Source of the DNA: Hyaloraphidium curvatum SAG 235-1
Taxonomy: Eukaryota > Fungi > Monoblepharomycota
Reading direction: 5' to 3'
Assembly: GCA_025558095.1 (NCBI GenBank)
Contig: JAIVFI010000018.1
Span: 248,001 to 312,000, forward strand
DNA: 64,000 bases
In this document: positions 43,771-55,663 of the stretch, one piece after another
Position numbering within the stretch: position 1 is the stretch's first letter
Layout of the letters: each line of letters begins with the position of its first letter
Program-made: the position numbers and the translations under genes
The notes under the pieces: generated by a model
The model's input: the letters and a program-made list of their open reading frames with translations, nothing else
Databases searched by the model: none
Told to the model about the DNA's origin: nothing

Positions 43771-46700
43771 ATGGCCGAACCATTTGGCTTCGAGCGGGAG
43801 AGCGTCGTCCCGGACGCGGAGCCGCGGGACGACCCTGAAGGGGCGGACGAGGAGGGCTCGGAAGACGAGGAGGTCTTCGAGGTGGGCAATGTCTCGATCT
43901 CGCTCGTTTCATTTGGCTGAATGGGTTCCCACCGGACGCGTTCCTCAGATCGTGGACGTGGGTAGCCCGGCTCCAGTATCTGCCCCGATTGCGTGCTCAT
44001 GGACTGCTCGGCGCGTCTTCTAGTACACCGCGGCTTCGCCTTGGGAGCGATTCATTACTTCGATCGAACAGGCATTGACCAACTGGCATGTCGGCGACGG
44101 GTCTTTGGGCGTCCTGGATCCCGCGAAACGCGGTGACGAAGAGGGCGACGCGGACGTTCGCGTCCGCTCCGAGGTCGTGCGACTCGGGGACGCGGCATAC
44201 ACGCTTTCGTACCATGCCTTTTGCCCCGTCGGTGCTTGGGTTCGCTGGGAGGAGCCCGAACCGCGGCCGGACGAGCTTGCTGGGTGCCGGGCGGAGTTTC
44301 CTCCCACGACGTCGGCCCACGGATCCGGACCCCAGCCGCACGTGCTGCACCGTCAAACGGGTCTGACCCACTTCCTCACGCTCGCGGCCGCGGACTCGGA
44401 GCCCACGTTTGATCTGTCGACCAACAGGCTGCTCGCTTCCTCGCTGTCCGTCGCGCTGCACAACACCGCGTGCTCCCTGCCGGCTTTCGTTCCCCAGGGC
44501 CCTTCCCGTAGGGCCTTGTACACGGGCACGATGCTCGCCGGCGGAACGTTGGGCGACGTGGAGGTCAAGTTTAGGTCCTACCTTGACGGGCGCGGGACCA
44601 AGCTGGTGACCCCGGCCGACCTGGTCCAGCTCGCAGAAGCCCGGCTGGATCTCGAAACGGAAAACGATCTTTCCAGTGGGTCGGATTGCGTGAGTCTTGC
44701 AGCCGTCGGCTTATTCAAACGGATCCTCCAGCATTCCGCGACACTGCCCTAATGACCGCCCTCTTCACCTACCTCTACAAGCCCATCGTGGCTCCTCCTC
44801 TGAGTCCTTCCACCTCTCGTGCTCTTCCTCCCCTCCCGATTGGCACTCGCGGTACCTCCCTCGCGATCCTCAAGCTGGAGTGCCATTTTCCCTCGCTCAG
44901 CTTTCCCCCTTCGGACGATCCTGCCGACCCCGATCCGTCTGCCGCCCCGCTCTGGCTTTTGGGACGCGATTGGCGGCCATCCTCGCACCGCCTTGCAGAA
45001 GTTGTGGAGCTCCTCGTTTCGGAGTGGCTGGCAGCGCGGGAGCGCGAGAGCTCGGAGGGATCGGGACGGCGACGACCGTCTTCCCGCCTGGGCGCGGCCA
45101 TCGAAACTTTTGCGGCCAACATGGTCGGACTTGAGGACGAACGATCATCCGGTGAGCCAATGGCCATCGTTGAAACTACCGACGTCTACGCCACGGCCCG
45201 GGCGCTGTTGTCATGGGACTCGTACGAGCGGAAAGGTTCCCGCTGGTCTCCGAGCGCAGGCCCGGCTCCCCGGGGACCTAGCCATCCTCCGACCACTGAG
45301 CAGCTCGTGGCCCGTGCTCCCGGCGGCACGACTGTTCCCTTGGACTCCCTCTTTTGGCAGCTCGCGCACCGACTCCTCGACTGCGCTAGCCCCCAAACAT
45401 CACTCAGCTACCGTCACACGTCCGTCGCATCTTTCCTCCGCGCCACCTGGGCCGAGCTCCTTGACGCCTTAGAACGATGCTGGAACGAAGGCGCCTACGT
45501 TCCGGGGGTGAACTGGGCTGGCGACCCTGATCCGGATGATCTGGACGACACGGACGGGGAAGGGGACGCCGGCGGGACCGCACGTGGAGATGCAATTTCG
45601 GGGGCTGCGCAGGTCCCCAGCGTCGATTTGCGTCGCGCGCTTGTGCACCAGAAGCTCGAGATGCTGAACTGCTGCGTGCACACGCGAAATCGCAGGGTCG
45701 GTCTTCTGCCGGACGGCGAAGGTGGAGGGCACGTCTCGGGACGACGCCGGAGCTCCGAACTGGTGGATCCGCCAGATGCAGGTGTCGGCTCTCCCACACC
45801 TGGAGGCTGGCGAAGCAAAGATGACGAGGAAACGGATGTGGACACCGGCAGACCGACACTTTTGGGATGGAAATCTGGCATGGGTTTGCGCGAAAAGGGG
45901 GCGGACCTGACTAAGCGCCTCCTCGGGTTCGGCGCTGAGAATCGTGCCAAGGATCCGGGAAGCGCAGATCCGCTGGTCAAGCTCTTTGACCACATTGCGG
46001 GCGATGACCCTCCGGGTCCGAACGATGAGGACGACGGGAAGGGTACATGGGGAGAGATTCTCAGTTCGGTGCAGAAGGCTACCGACGGAAGCGGCCCGGG
46101 TACCCCAACCTCGGCAGCCGAGCCGGTGCCGCGATCCGTCGCAACGGAACGGCGCGTTGACGGTTGGAGCGGGGATGAAGCTGAGGACGATGAACAGGAG
46201 GATTCATCCGGTGAGGAGGAGGGTTCTCAAACGGGCGACGTCTTTTACGAGACGATGGAGGACGTACCCTCGTCGCCAAAGGCGCGCCGCGCGCGCCGAA
46301 AGGCGGATCGTGCTCGAATCCCCAGTGAAGATGTGGAGGCTTCCCAGGCTCCAGGAACAGCGAGGCCGCCGGCATCGCAGCCAAGGCCGTTCAAAGCCAG
46401 GAGAAGGGACATGGATCCGATCAGCCCCGTGTCATCTTCAATATCGGACTCGCACAACGCCTTCGGTGCATCCTACCGTTCGGATAGCTTCATCGAGGTC
46501 GAGAACAACTCGAGCCTCGAGTCGCGGCCGAGACCGGCGATGCAACAAGTCTCACCGACCTTGCTCATTGACGACGAGCAGGATGAGCAGGAACGGTCCC
46601 ACGATGAAGGACCCGTGGAAGGAGAGCTCGTCGACGAGGATGAACGGGCCGGTGGCTCGCACGTGCTGTTGGATGCGGCGGGCAAGCCAGTCATGCTCAT

Positions 46701-47796
46701 CAACGGCGCGTCCGAAGTCTGGGTTCCGATCGTGCAAGAGGCGGGCCACATGACCGAGGACATGGTCCAAACTTTGGAGGAGCGATTGGAGAGGCTTGGA
46801 CATGGGCAGGAGGCGGCAAAGGCCCGGGCCGAGTTGCAGACTGCGCACCTGAAGTCGGGTAGGTTCTTGCGTGAAGACCGCACGTGGGCGTCTGACGATG
46901 TGGTTGCAGACATGGAAGCGTTCAAGGCTGCGAATCCCAGGGCTTCGCTTGAGGACTTTGTGCGTTGGCACTCCCCGCGAGATTGTGTGGAAACGACAGA
47001 CTCAGATGGCAATGTCGTGGGCGTCACGCTCAGCCACCGAATGTTGGAGCCTGGCAACCTCTGGCTGGATCTGTGGAAGAGGGCGAGACGGGTCCCGGCG
47101 GCGAATCAAGAGCCTCTCTTTGACTACGAGACGGAGGCTCGTCGTGTTTTGGATGATCTGGGCAACCTGGGGACCTTCGACCTTCTCACGCAGTACGTTT
47201 GCATGAGTGCTTGAGGAGGCGACGGCTCATCTTGTTCCTCAGACTCCTTCCTACCGTCTTCTTCATCGCCTACGATACCCTATCCTCGCACGCTTGCGTA
47301 CGGGAAATACCTCAAGTGAAGAAGGCTGCGGATCATGTCGCAAAGCTGATCGCCCATATCCCATGGGACCACATCCGGTAGGTTCGCGAGGAATTTGTTG
47401 TCTTCGGTTGTCTTGACTCCGTCGCGCGACAGCTGGGGCGATCTGGAAGAGGTCAAAAGGCGCTTTGCGAACGTGCTTTCTGCCATCCAGGATCTCGAAG
47501 ACCACGTTGCACGGGCCAACGATATGTTGCTCGAGCTGCCGGACCAGTACTCTATGGTGGAGCGGCTGCTCTCGGGCACCGATACAGTGGTGCAAGATGG
47601 GCCGGAGCGGGATGCGGTCTGGCAGCTGTTCAGCGAAGGGGATCTGTTGCGGTCTCCGTCCTCCAGGGAGTTTGTGCTCAGGGCGACAGCGGCACGCGGT
47701 GGTGCCACGGCGTCATCGATGCAACGGTTCTACTTCTTGCTCAAGGATGGAGAAGCGCGAGTAATGGAAGTCCTCTCGCGGCCCGGAAACTTCTAA
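43771..47796 (+). CDS. Rab3 GTPase-activating protein catalytic subunit (RAB3GAP1-like); multi-exon
   Basis: Spliced EVFEIVDYTAASPWERFI; LVHQKLEMLNCC; MTED; DMEAFKAANP..LEDFVRWHSPRD; LSHRM..GNLW; REFVLRA. Confidence 0.92.
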
Positions 47797-47852
47797 TACC
47801 ACGATGTCACGACGATGGTATAACAATTCAAATGACGAAGATCATGGCAAGA

Positions 47853-48306
47853 TCATTTGGAAGTAAAGAAGCGCTTCAGCGCGTCGAGGTCCGTCAGGTG
47901 TACGTAGCGATCCAGCTTCGCAACAGCTTGTCCATCCTCGAACTTCAGCAAACAAGGCACGGATCTGATCATATTCCGATAAGGATGAGCTTTTGATTCC
48001 CACTCTTCCTTGGTGCCGACGCGAGCCTGGACCAGCACAACGCGGTGGCCCTCGAGAACTGCCTCCCTGTACGCGCTCACGATCCACGGGTCGGCAGTCA
48101 CACATTCGAGGCACTTGAGACCACCGTGAGCTCCAAGCAAATACACCGAGCAGCGCCATGCTCACCCAAGATTGCTCATTTGCTTCCATCTCCGACCCAA
48201 AGAACCAGCAGACCACGGGTGCTCCGTCCGCGGAGCCGTTGATCGCCGCAAAGTCGGCATCAAAGTGCGCCGGGTCCCGGATTTCGGGGAAAGCGTTGGG
48301 ATCCAT
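47853..48306 (-). CDS. TXNDC17/TRP14 (DUF953) thioredoxin-like protein; one intron
   Basis: Spliced QSW|CLECVTADP; VGTKEEW..HPYR; SVPCLLK. Confidence 0.8.
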
Positions 48307-48473
48307 GTGGATGGACAGACTTTGCGAACTGGAAAGGGCTTGGCTTGGTGGGTGCGCGTACTGTAACGGGTGCGCGAAAGCAGACCGCGGCTGACGCGTC
48401 CTGCGTCCGGCACGGGGATCGAGATGAAGAATAGTACAATCTCTCTCTGAGCCGCGAGGTCGGCAACCCCGCG

Positions 48474-51400
48474 ATGGCCGGGGCTGGGGCCGGCCGAGGA
48501 GGCCGGCCCGACGACGCGAACGGTCTCTTCGCGTGAGTGGACGATATGCCGCGTACGAAGGAGCCTTTCCGACGCGCGGTCCAGATCGATCGAGGAGCTC
48601 GAACGGCGCTTCCGTGCCGCGTCCGGGACCAAGGACGCGCTCTTCGACCCGGCCGTCGATGCCCTCCGGCGGGACCTCACGCGCAAGATCGAGCAGGTCA
48701 TGCTCTTGGACTATCCTTCTGCCGCTGGCAAAGATGTCGAATCGCGGCTGTGGAAAAACGTGATCTACAAGACGATCGACGACTACCGGAGGCAGAGCAA
48801 GCTGGTAGCTTTACTCGCGATGCCCTTTCTTGCCAGGGACTCACACCCTCGGCACATGCAGTTGACAGCGGTCGCTGCCAAAGTCAGCGAGCAAGGATCC
48901 TTGGCTGTGGATGCGCCAAGACGGCTGCGAGTCCTCAACGGTCAATTCCGAGCCTTCTTGACCGACACTGGCGGGTTCTACTTCCGTTTGATCCAGAAGC
49001 TGTGTGCCGTACACGCACTGGACGCGACGGAGTCAGTCTTTGCAGACACCTTCCGGACGGAGCTCGTGCCTCTGAGTGATGCTGAGAAGAGGCAGCTCCC
49101 GAAACCCACGGGTGCGGCGGGAGAGCCCGAAGCCGTCGGTCACGCCGTATGCCGCCTCTTGATTTATCTAGGGGACCTCGGTAAGCGCCGGAGGACCGGC
49201 TATCTCTGGGTGGCTGCTGATCGTCGCTTCACCGAACCAGCTCGTTACCGGACGCTCTACTCGGGGCTGCATAAACCCAACTACGCAGCGGCCGAAGAGT
49301 TCTACAGGCTCGCGGCCGTTCTGGCGCCCGATTGGGGGAATCCGTTCAATCAAATGGCCGTCATCGCAAACTACCGCTCGGACGATTTTGGAGCACTGCA
49401 CTTCTACCTTCGCAGTCTCGTTGTTCCTCGGGCGTTTCTCACGTCGAGAGGCAACCTCGATGTGCTTCTTCGCAAACTGCAGCGACGTGAGGTAGCAGCA
49501 ACATCTCCCTTTGCTCCTTGTGAGCCTGCTAGCGAGAAGGCATGGAAGGACGAATTTGGGCGGTCAATCGCCGCAATCTTCGCGCCGGAACGAAAGTGAG
49601 TCGGTGTTTGTTCCGCCAAGGTCTCCTCTAACCCCTTTTAAAGTGTCGGTTCCTTTCCTGCCCTGTCCTTGAATCTTCGTGGCCACATCCACGTTCCAAG
49701 ACGGCTTGTGCTTCTTGAGGCGATCGTCGGGCTAATGTCCCTCCTTTTCCTGCTCGAATCAAATGGATCAGCAGCGAACGATCCTGCTGCATCGGCGCTA
49801 AGGGCGGAGTTGCCACTGTGGCTGGACCAGTCGTTGCACGTCATCGCGGATGAAGTCGTCGGGTGGCAATCGGAGGCTGTCGTCCTGGCAACCGTGGACC
49901 TCATATCTCGCTGGGTGTTGAGGCGCTTGGAAACCAACGCCGGCGTTCCAGGTGCAACGATCGATGGCCTGATGAAGCTGAAGAAGCGGCTTTCGAGGAG
50001 AGGAGACTCACCCTCTCGAACAGCCCCTCGAGACACGCCGCGCGATCAATGGAAAGGATTCCTCCCGGTGGCTCAACTCCAGGATTTGGCCTCCTATGGC
50101 ACTCGAATCCGGGAACCGACCGTCGGCGACCTTGTGCGCCGGATCCTCTCGGTGCTGGCTCAAGTGCAGCAACGGTCTGGCTCGTTGCCCGCGTCCCTGT
50201 CTTCGCGCGCGGCTTTGGACAGCGCTTCGCCAATGTCACTTCCCACGCAGGAAGTGGCGTCGTCGTTGCCCGAAGAAGCTGCCTCGTTGGCTGTTGGAAG
50301 ACCCTCTTTGCAGCCGCAGGCAGGTGATCTCCTTGCGGACGAGGAAGACGAGGTGGTCGTGTTCACCGGGCGCTCTGCTGCTGGGAGAGGGCCGCCGACA
50401 TCGGGTAGCCCTGCTCCGGCGCAGAATCGGCTCATTTCCTCCCCGATCGCCCAAGTAATGACGGTTGGAGCGGCGGGGTCCCCAACTTTGAGCGGACTGG
50501 CTCTGGCGAGCGATCGAATGTCTCCAAAACCCGGTGTCATCGGTGGCGAGCGGCGGCCTCCAAGCGTGACACGCTCACCATCCGTTCAAGGGTTGGAGGG
50601 CCCGTCGACTCCCAAGTCGGCGGTGGCGGTTGCGAAAGGAGCAGGCTTTTCCGGGAGCGACTTGCCAATGAATCCATGGGCCAGGTCCTCGGCTCAATCG
50701 CCTGCGCTTTCGGAACCTCGTGGCAGCATGGAGCTCGACGAAGCAAAGCGAAAGGAGCTGCTTCTTCGTGACTTGATCAGTCCTTTGAAAGGAACGGGCA
50801 TCGGGGATGGCGCGTCGGTGACCGTCAATGCGGGCAGACCGATGTCGCCGTTCTCCTCGTTGCCCGGACCTGCCGATCATGCGGCTATCACGGCAGTTGC
50901 GCCGCAGAGTGACGCAATGGACATTCCACGGGACGATGAGGCCGATTTGGCCGGCATTTCCGTGGCTCTTGACGAAGATGTTGGCCGGGACGTGATGCAC
51001 TTTTTGGGCTTGGACGCGTCGCCACGAGAGCCCCGTTCAGGGGCTCTTCTGATGGAAAAAGCAATTCGGCAGCAACGCGAGCCGGGCTCGGAGGGTCCCA
51101 GCCAAATCGCACGCCATCCGCCCCCGGGTTTGGGTGGGATGGCCACATCGCAGCCATCTGTCGCCACTTCCCAGGTTCCCTTCAACGAACCACCGGCGCT
51201 TCCCAACTTTGCGGACGCAAATTCAGCTGCCCTCCTGGCTTTCTTCCGGCTCCAACAGCAGGAAGCAGCGCAGATGCAGGTTGAGGAGCAGCTGCGTCGG
51301 CAGCAGGAGCGGCTCGCGGGCTCATCGGCTGCATCGGACTTCACTTCTCCCTTTGCGGCCGCAATGGCCATGCAAGGCCTGGCTTCGATTGGCTTGCAGC

Positions 51401-51558
51401 CCGCAGCCGGCGGTATGCCAATCGCCTTCGCTCCCGCAGTCTCGGGATTGGGCGCCGTGCCAACGAATGCTGGTCAAGCAGGGTTTCCTTTTGGCTTGCA
51501 TCCTCTCCAGCTTCAGCTTCTGATCCAATCGGGGTGGCAACCACCAGCGAGCAATTGA
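48474..51558 (+). CDS. Est1/SMG7/Ebs1-like NMD or telomerase factor with low-complexity C-terminus; multi-exon
   Basis: VESRLWKNVIY; GFYFRLI; LIYLGDL..RYR; GNPFNQMAVIA; FYLRSL; SRGNL. Confidence 0.82.
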
Positions 51559-51892
51559 TGAAGGGACGCGCAGCCGACCACACGCGAACTTTCATGGTCC
51601 TCCGTCAAAATCCAGCCTCCCCGTTGACGCGCGTCTAATGGTGAGGACTTGCCACAGGCCGATCGATCAGAGGTGGCCATGGATCGGAAGATGCTCTGTG
51701 CCACATTGCTACGGCGAAAAGTGGCGCAAGGATCCCATAAGCGCGGCAATGTGTCTCTCCAGCCCGCCTCCGCGATGATCGTGACCTCGCACTCGTTCCA
51801 GTCAACGGAACTCGACATTTGAAGCCGATCGATCATCCATCGATTCACGTCTGTAGAACACTATGTAGCACACAGTTTTCGCTTTGAAGCCC

Positions 51893-53504
51893 TCAAATGC
51901 CCTCGCGAGGCCAGCACCAGCCCCACTCCAATCCGTCCGGGTCGTCCCCCTTTTGCATTGCAGTGATGGTGCCGTACAAAGCCTGGAGCCCTTCCAGACT
52001 TCCCGTGCCAACCTTTACAGACTCCTGCTTGGACTCCGAAACGTCTCGGTCGATCTGGGAGATCGGGGTCACAACCACAGCCGTGCCGACAGCTCCGACC
52101 TGCGAGCAGTTATAAATCAGCGTTGCCATCTGTCGCATCGTCGGTGCCCTACCTCGTTGAAGGCTCCAGACTTGACTTCATCCCACGAGATATCCCGTCT
52201 CTCCACGATCCAACCCAACTTCTTCTCAGCAATCTGAACGGATCGAATGGATCAATGACAGCAGCGGAAGCCTGCGGCAGAACGTACCTCGTACAGGCTC
52301 TGGTTGGTGACCGAGTTGAGGATGCTCTGGCTGCTCGGGGTCGCGTAGTGCCGTTTCCCGTTTGCGTCCGGGGGCGTAATGGCGATGAAGTTCGACGTGG
52401 CAAATTCCTCGATGTACGAGTTCGTTTTTGCGTCCAGGAAAAGCAGGACCGTGTAGCCGCGCTTCTTGGCAGCCGTCGTGGGCTTCAGACCGGGCGAATA
52501 GTTTCCACCCAGCTTCGCGTGACCTGCGACAAAGCCGTGTCAAGGTGACTTGCGCAATGAAGCAACGGCGTACAACACTCACCAACGCCGTAAGTGGCTG
52601 CACGATCAAGGTGATAGGGGATCAACGCCTTGGCCATGCCCGCCGGAGTGACGCCACCCTTGTAGTAATCACCGACGGGGTTCACCTTTACGAGGCAGCA
52701 GCATTCCCGTCAAGGAAACTACAGCGGCAGGACGCGAGTTGACTCACGAAAACCACGAACTTGTACTCGTCGGCCTCGTGCAGCCCGACCTGAGGGCCCG
52801 AACCAAACAAGAAAGGCCGAATGTACAGAGCGCCTCCGGTTCCATAGGGCGGCACGAAATCGATGTTGTCCGCAATCACGCGCCGGCAAGCCTCCAGGAA
52901 AAGCTCCTTCGGGGGAGCGACCATGGCGGACGCGTCCGCGCTGACCTCGATGCGCTCCGCGTTGACATCCGGACGGAAGATCCGGACCTTGCCGTCCTTC
53001 ATCCGGTAGGCCTTCATGCCTTCGAAGCAACTTTGGCCATAGTGGAAGACGGTAGCTTCATAAAGCCGTCAGCAACAGAGGAAGCCTGCCCTCCCGAAGT
53101 GCGGACACCGACCGGCAATGTGCAAGGTGATGTGCGGGTCATTGACCAGCACGCCCGAGTCCCATCCTTTGCCCTCCTTCCAGGTGTACTCGATGTGGGA
53201 CTTCGTAGGGAAGAGCCCGAAACCCAGGTTGTTCTGGTGACCGTAGAAGCAGCGGCGAACGTCCCGGCAAGGAAGAGGTCAGTGACAATGTTCTGGTGAT
53301 ACTCGGAAGCCATCCCGAGGGAACCGGCTGGCCGGAACTCACCCAGTCTGTTCCGATGGCGCGGGCGACAAAAGACGGGGAGTGGCGAAGTCGGCTGGAT
53401 GAGCACAGATGTCGGAGCGGGGGACGAGTCGACGAACCGATTTCGGACTTGGCAGCATGCCCGTTGGCGTGGCCGTTCGCGCCGTCTTCTCCAGAGCCCG
53501 GCAT
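51893..53504 (-). CDS. Branched-chain amino acid aminotransferase (fold type IV PLP enzyme); multi-exon
   Basis: EGMKAYR..IFRPDVNAER; VPPYGTGGALYIRPFLFG; VKLGGNY; GTAVVVTPI. Confidence 0.9.
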
Positions 53505-53618
53505 CGTGGGGTGATTGTGGAGCGGTTTCCGGGGATTTGCCCCTTGCCCACAGTCCCGATCTGATCCCCGCCAGGAACATCTCGGCTTCTTGGCGACAGG
53601 CGCGCTCCGAACGCAGCG

Positions 53619-54545
53619 ATGTCACGCGCATTGATCGCGTTTGCGCGTTTTCCGACGCGACGGGCGCTTTTGGGCGTCTACCCGAGTGTCTCCCCTCCGC
53701 GATGGGTCGCTCGCCCAGCCTCGACCGATTCCTCGCTCCTGGCCCTGAAGAACGCAGTGAAGTCCAAGGACTTTGTCAATGCCTGGAAGGACTACACCTG
53801 CGTCGCTTCGAACCCGACGCTTCTCAAGGAGATAACCCTCGCCGACGCTGGCAAGCTCCTGTCGCTGCTGGTGCGGTTGACCCCTCCATCTGGCCTCCAA
53901 TGCTCAACTTTGTCATTCTCAGATGAAGATACCTAATCAAGTCGATCAGATTGTGTCCCAGCTCAAGAGCTCGGGACATTCTTTTGACACGAGCGAGTTC
54001 AACACAATCGCACGTGCCGAGAGTCCGAACTGGGTCTACGGCGAGGCTATCGTGTTTCTGGACCTCATGAGGAAGCACGGAGCCAATCCGGACCTGACGA
54101 CTTTCACGACCTTGATCTCCTCGTTGTCTCGGAGCGACCCTGTGGGGGCACGCCAAATAATGGACAACGAGCAACCGGTCGTTGAGGTCCCGCCCGACGG
54201 ACGTATCTACACCGTGCTCGCCCGTGGATTTCTGAAGCAGGGAGACGTCGAGACGGCCAAGTCGATCCTCGACGAGATGACCATGTGTGAGGTGGGCGAG
54301 GAGGCGCTGCGGCAGCTTGTCACCGAGCTGACGATGGTTCTGTAGGTCAAGCCTGACGAGGAGGCCTTGCGGGAGCTTGTAAACGATCTGATGAGCAGTG
54401 GGAACATTGGTCTCGCCGAGCAAGGTGCGTTTCATGGCTTCACTCGCTTGATGATGTCAGTAACCCAACGTCTTCAGTGATGAACGAGATTCTGGGCGAG
54501 AAGGGTGCCTTGCCCGGTTTTGGCAGCGATGGCACCCGCACATGA
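53619..54545 (+). CDS. Small pentatricopeptide-repeat-like, probably mitochondrial protein; multi-exon
   Basis: Presequence; PPR-like FNTIA..MRKHGANPDLTTFTTLI and PDGRIYTVLARGFLKQGDVETAKSILDEM. Confidence 0.7.
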
Positions 54546-54595
54546 GCTTCTTCTGCGATTCTCTGATCTCACATGTCATTCCGATTCGACTCTTC

Positions 54596-55571
54596 TCACA
54601 GTTTGTAGGCTAGGTTCTGGAGAACACTCATTGGGCCCGAGGCCTTCATGTTCCTCATTTGGTCCTCGTCGGTCGCCAGCAGCCAGCCCGCGAACCCCAC
54701 GCTGTTGACCCCAAGCCCCCCGAAAGTCTCTGCCCTGCGCGGCACGCACATCATCCAGCGCTTTGTCAGGAGTAGATTGTGTGATGGAATACTCGGGTCC
54801 ATTCTCTCCGCCGCAACGTCCACGCCGTCGTAAACCGACAGATCGATCTCAAGCGGGCCGAAAGCAGCAGCAACGAGCGTCCGATAAACATCCTTAAGCT
54901 GCTCCGGGTCCGACACTCCGTCCGGCAGTAGGATGACGCGGTGGTGAAATGCGAATTCAGGGAGCGCAAATGGCCCCGCTGCCGGTCTGCCCGGTGCGGC
55001 CCTCGAGATTGCTTCCTCGATTGGGATCCCGGATTCGCTCGGAATGGCCTGGACATGCTTGTGCGGTTGAGAGGCACCGCTCAAGGGGCCGCAATTGTGG
55101 AACACCAAGAGAGGTTTGGAATCGTCGTCCCATTCGGACAGACACGTCCAGATCGCGGCGAGGTCCGCCGTCCTCAGCAGCTCATTCTGAATCCTGTAGT
55201 CCGAGGTCGCCAAGATGAAATGATCGCGGTTTACGCAGAACTTGTTCAGCACGACATTGTAGTCGCCAAGCTTCGTCACCAGAAGCGCCGGGTCCGGCGG
55301 GAGGAACGGATTGAACGGTTTCGGATTCGAGGGCTTCTCCGAGGCAGGTTTCTCGCCCCCAAGTTTCGGCTTCTTTGCCAAGGAAGGCACCAAACGTATT
55401 TGGAACTGCTCGGCTTCGTGAGACCTCGGCCGATAGTGAGGAAACTCTGCAGTCGCTCGCCTTCACACCACCGCTTTCGACGGTTTCTAGCTTGCTCTGG
55501 TGCCAAATCAGAGCATTGTCCGCAAGTGCCCGATCAAAGACTTTCTGCACGGAGCTCCTCAGCGAGCCCAT
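54596..55571 (-). CDS. Ap4A phosphorylase / ATP adenylyltransferase (Apa1/Apa2); one intron
   Basis: PSLAKKP; NPFLP; LNKF; NCGPLSGASQPHKHVQ (HxHxQ); NLLLTKRWMMCVPR; VNSVGFAG. Confidence 0.92.
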
Positions 55572-55663
55572 GACCGCCAGCTGCAGATTCGCAACGCGTG
55601 TTGATTTGGCTCAAAGGATTGGCGTCGGCTCTGTTGACTTGTCATCGGCAAACTCCGGCGGGC

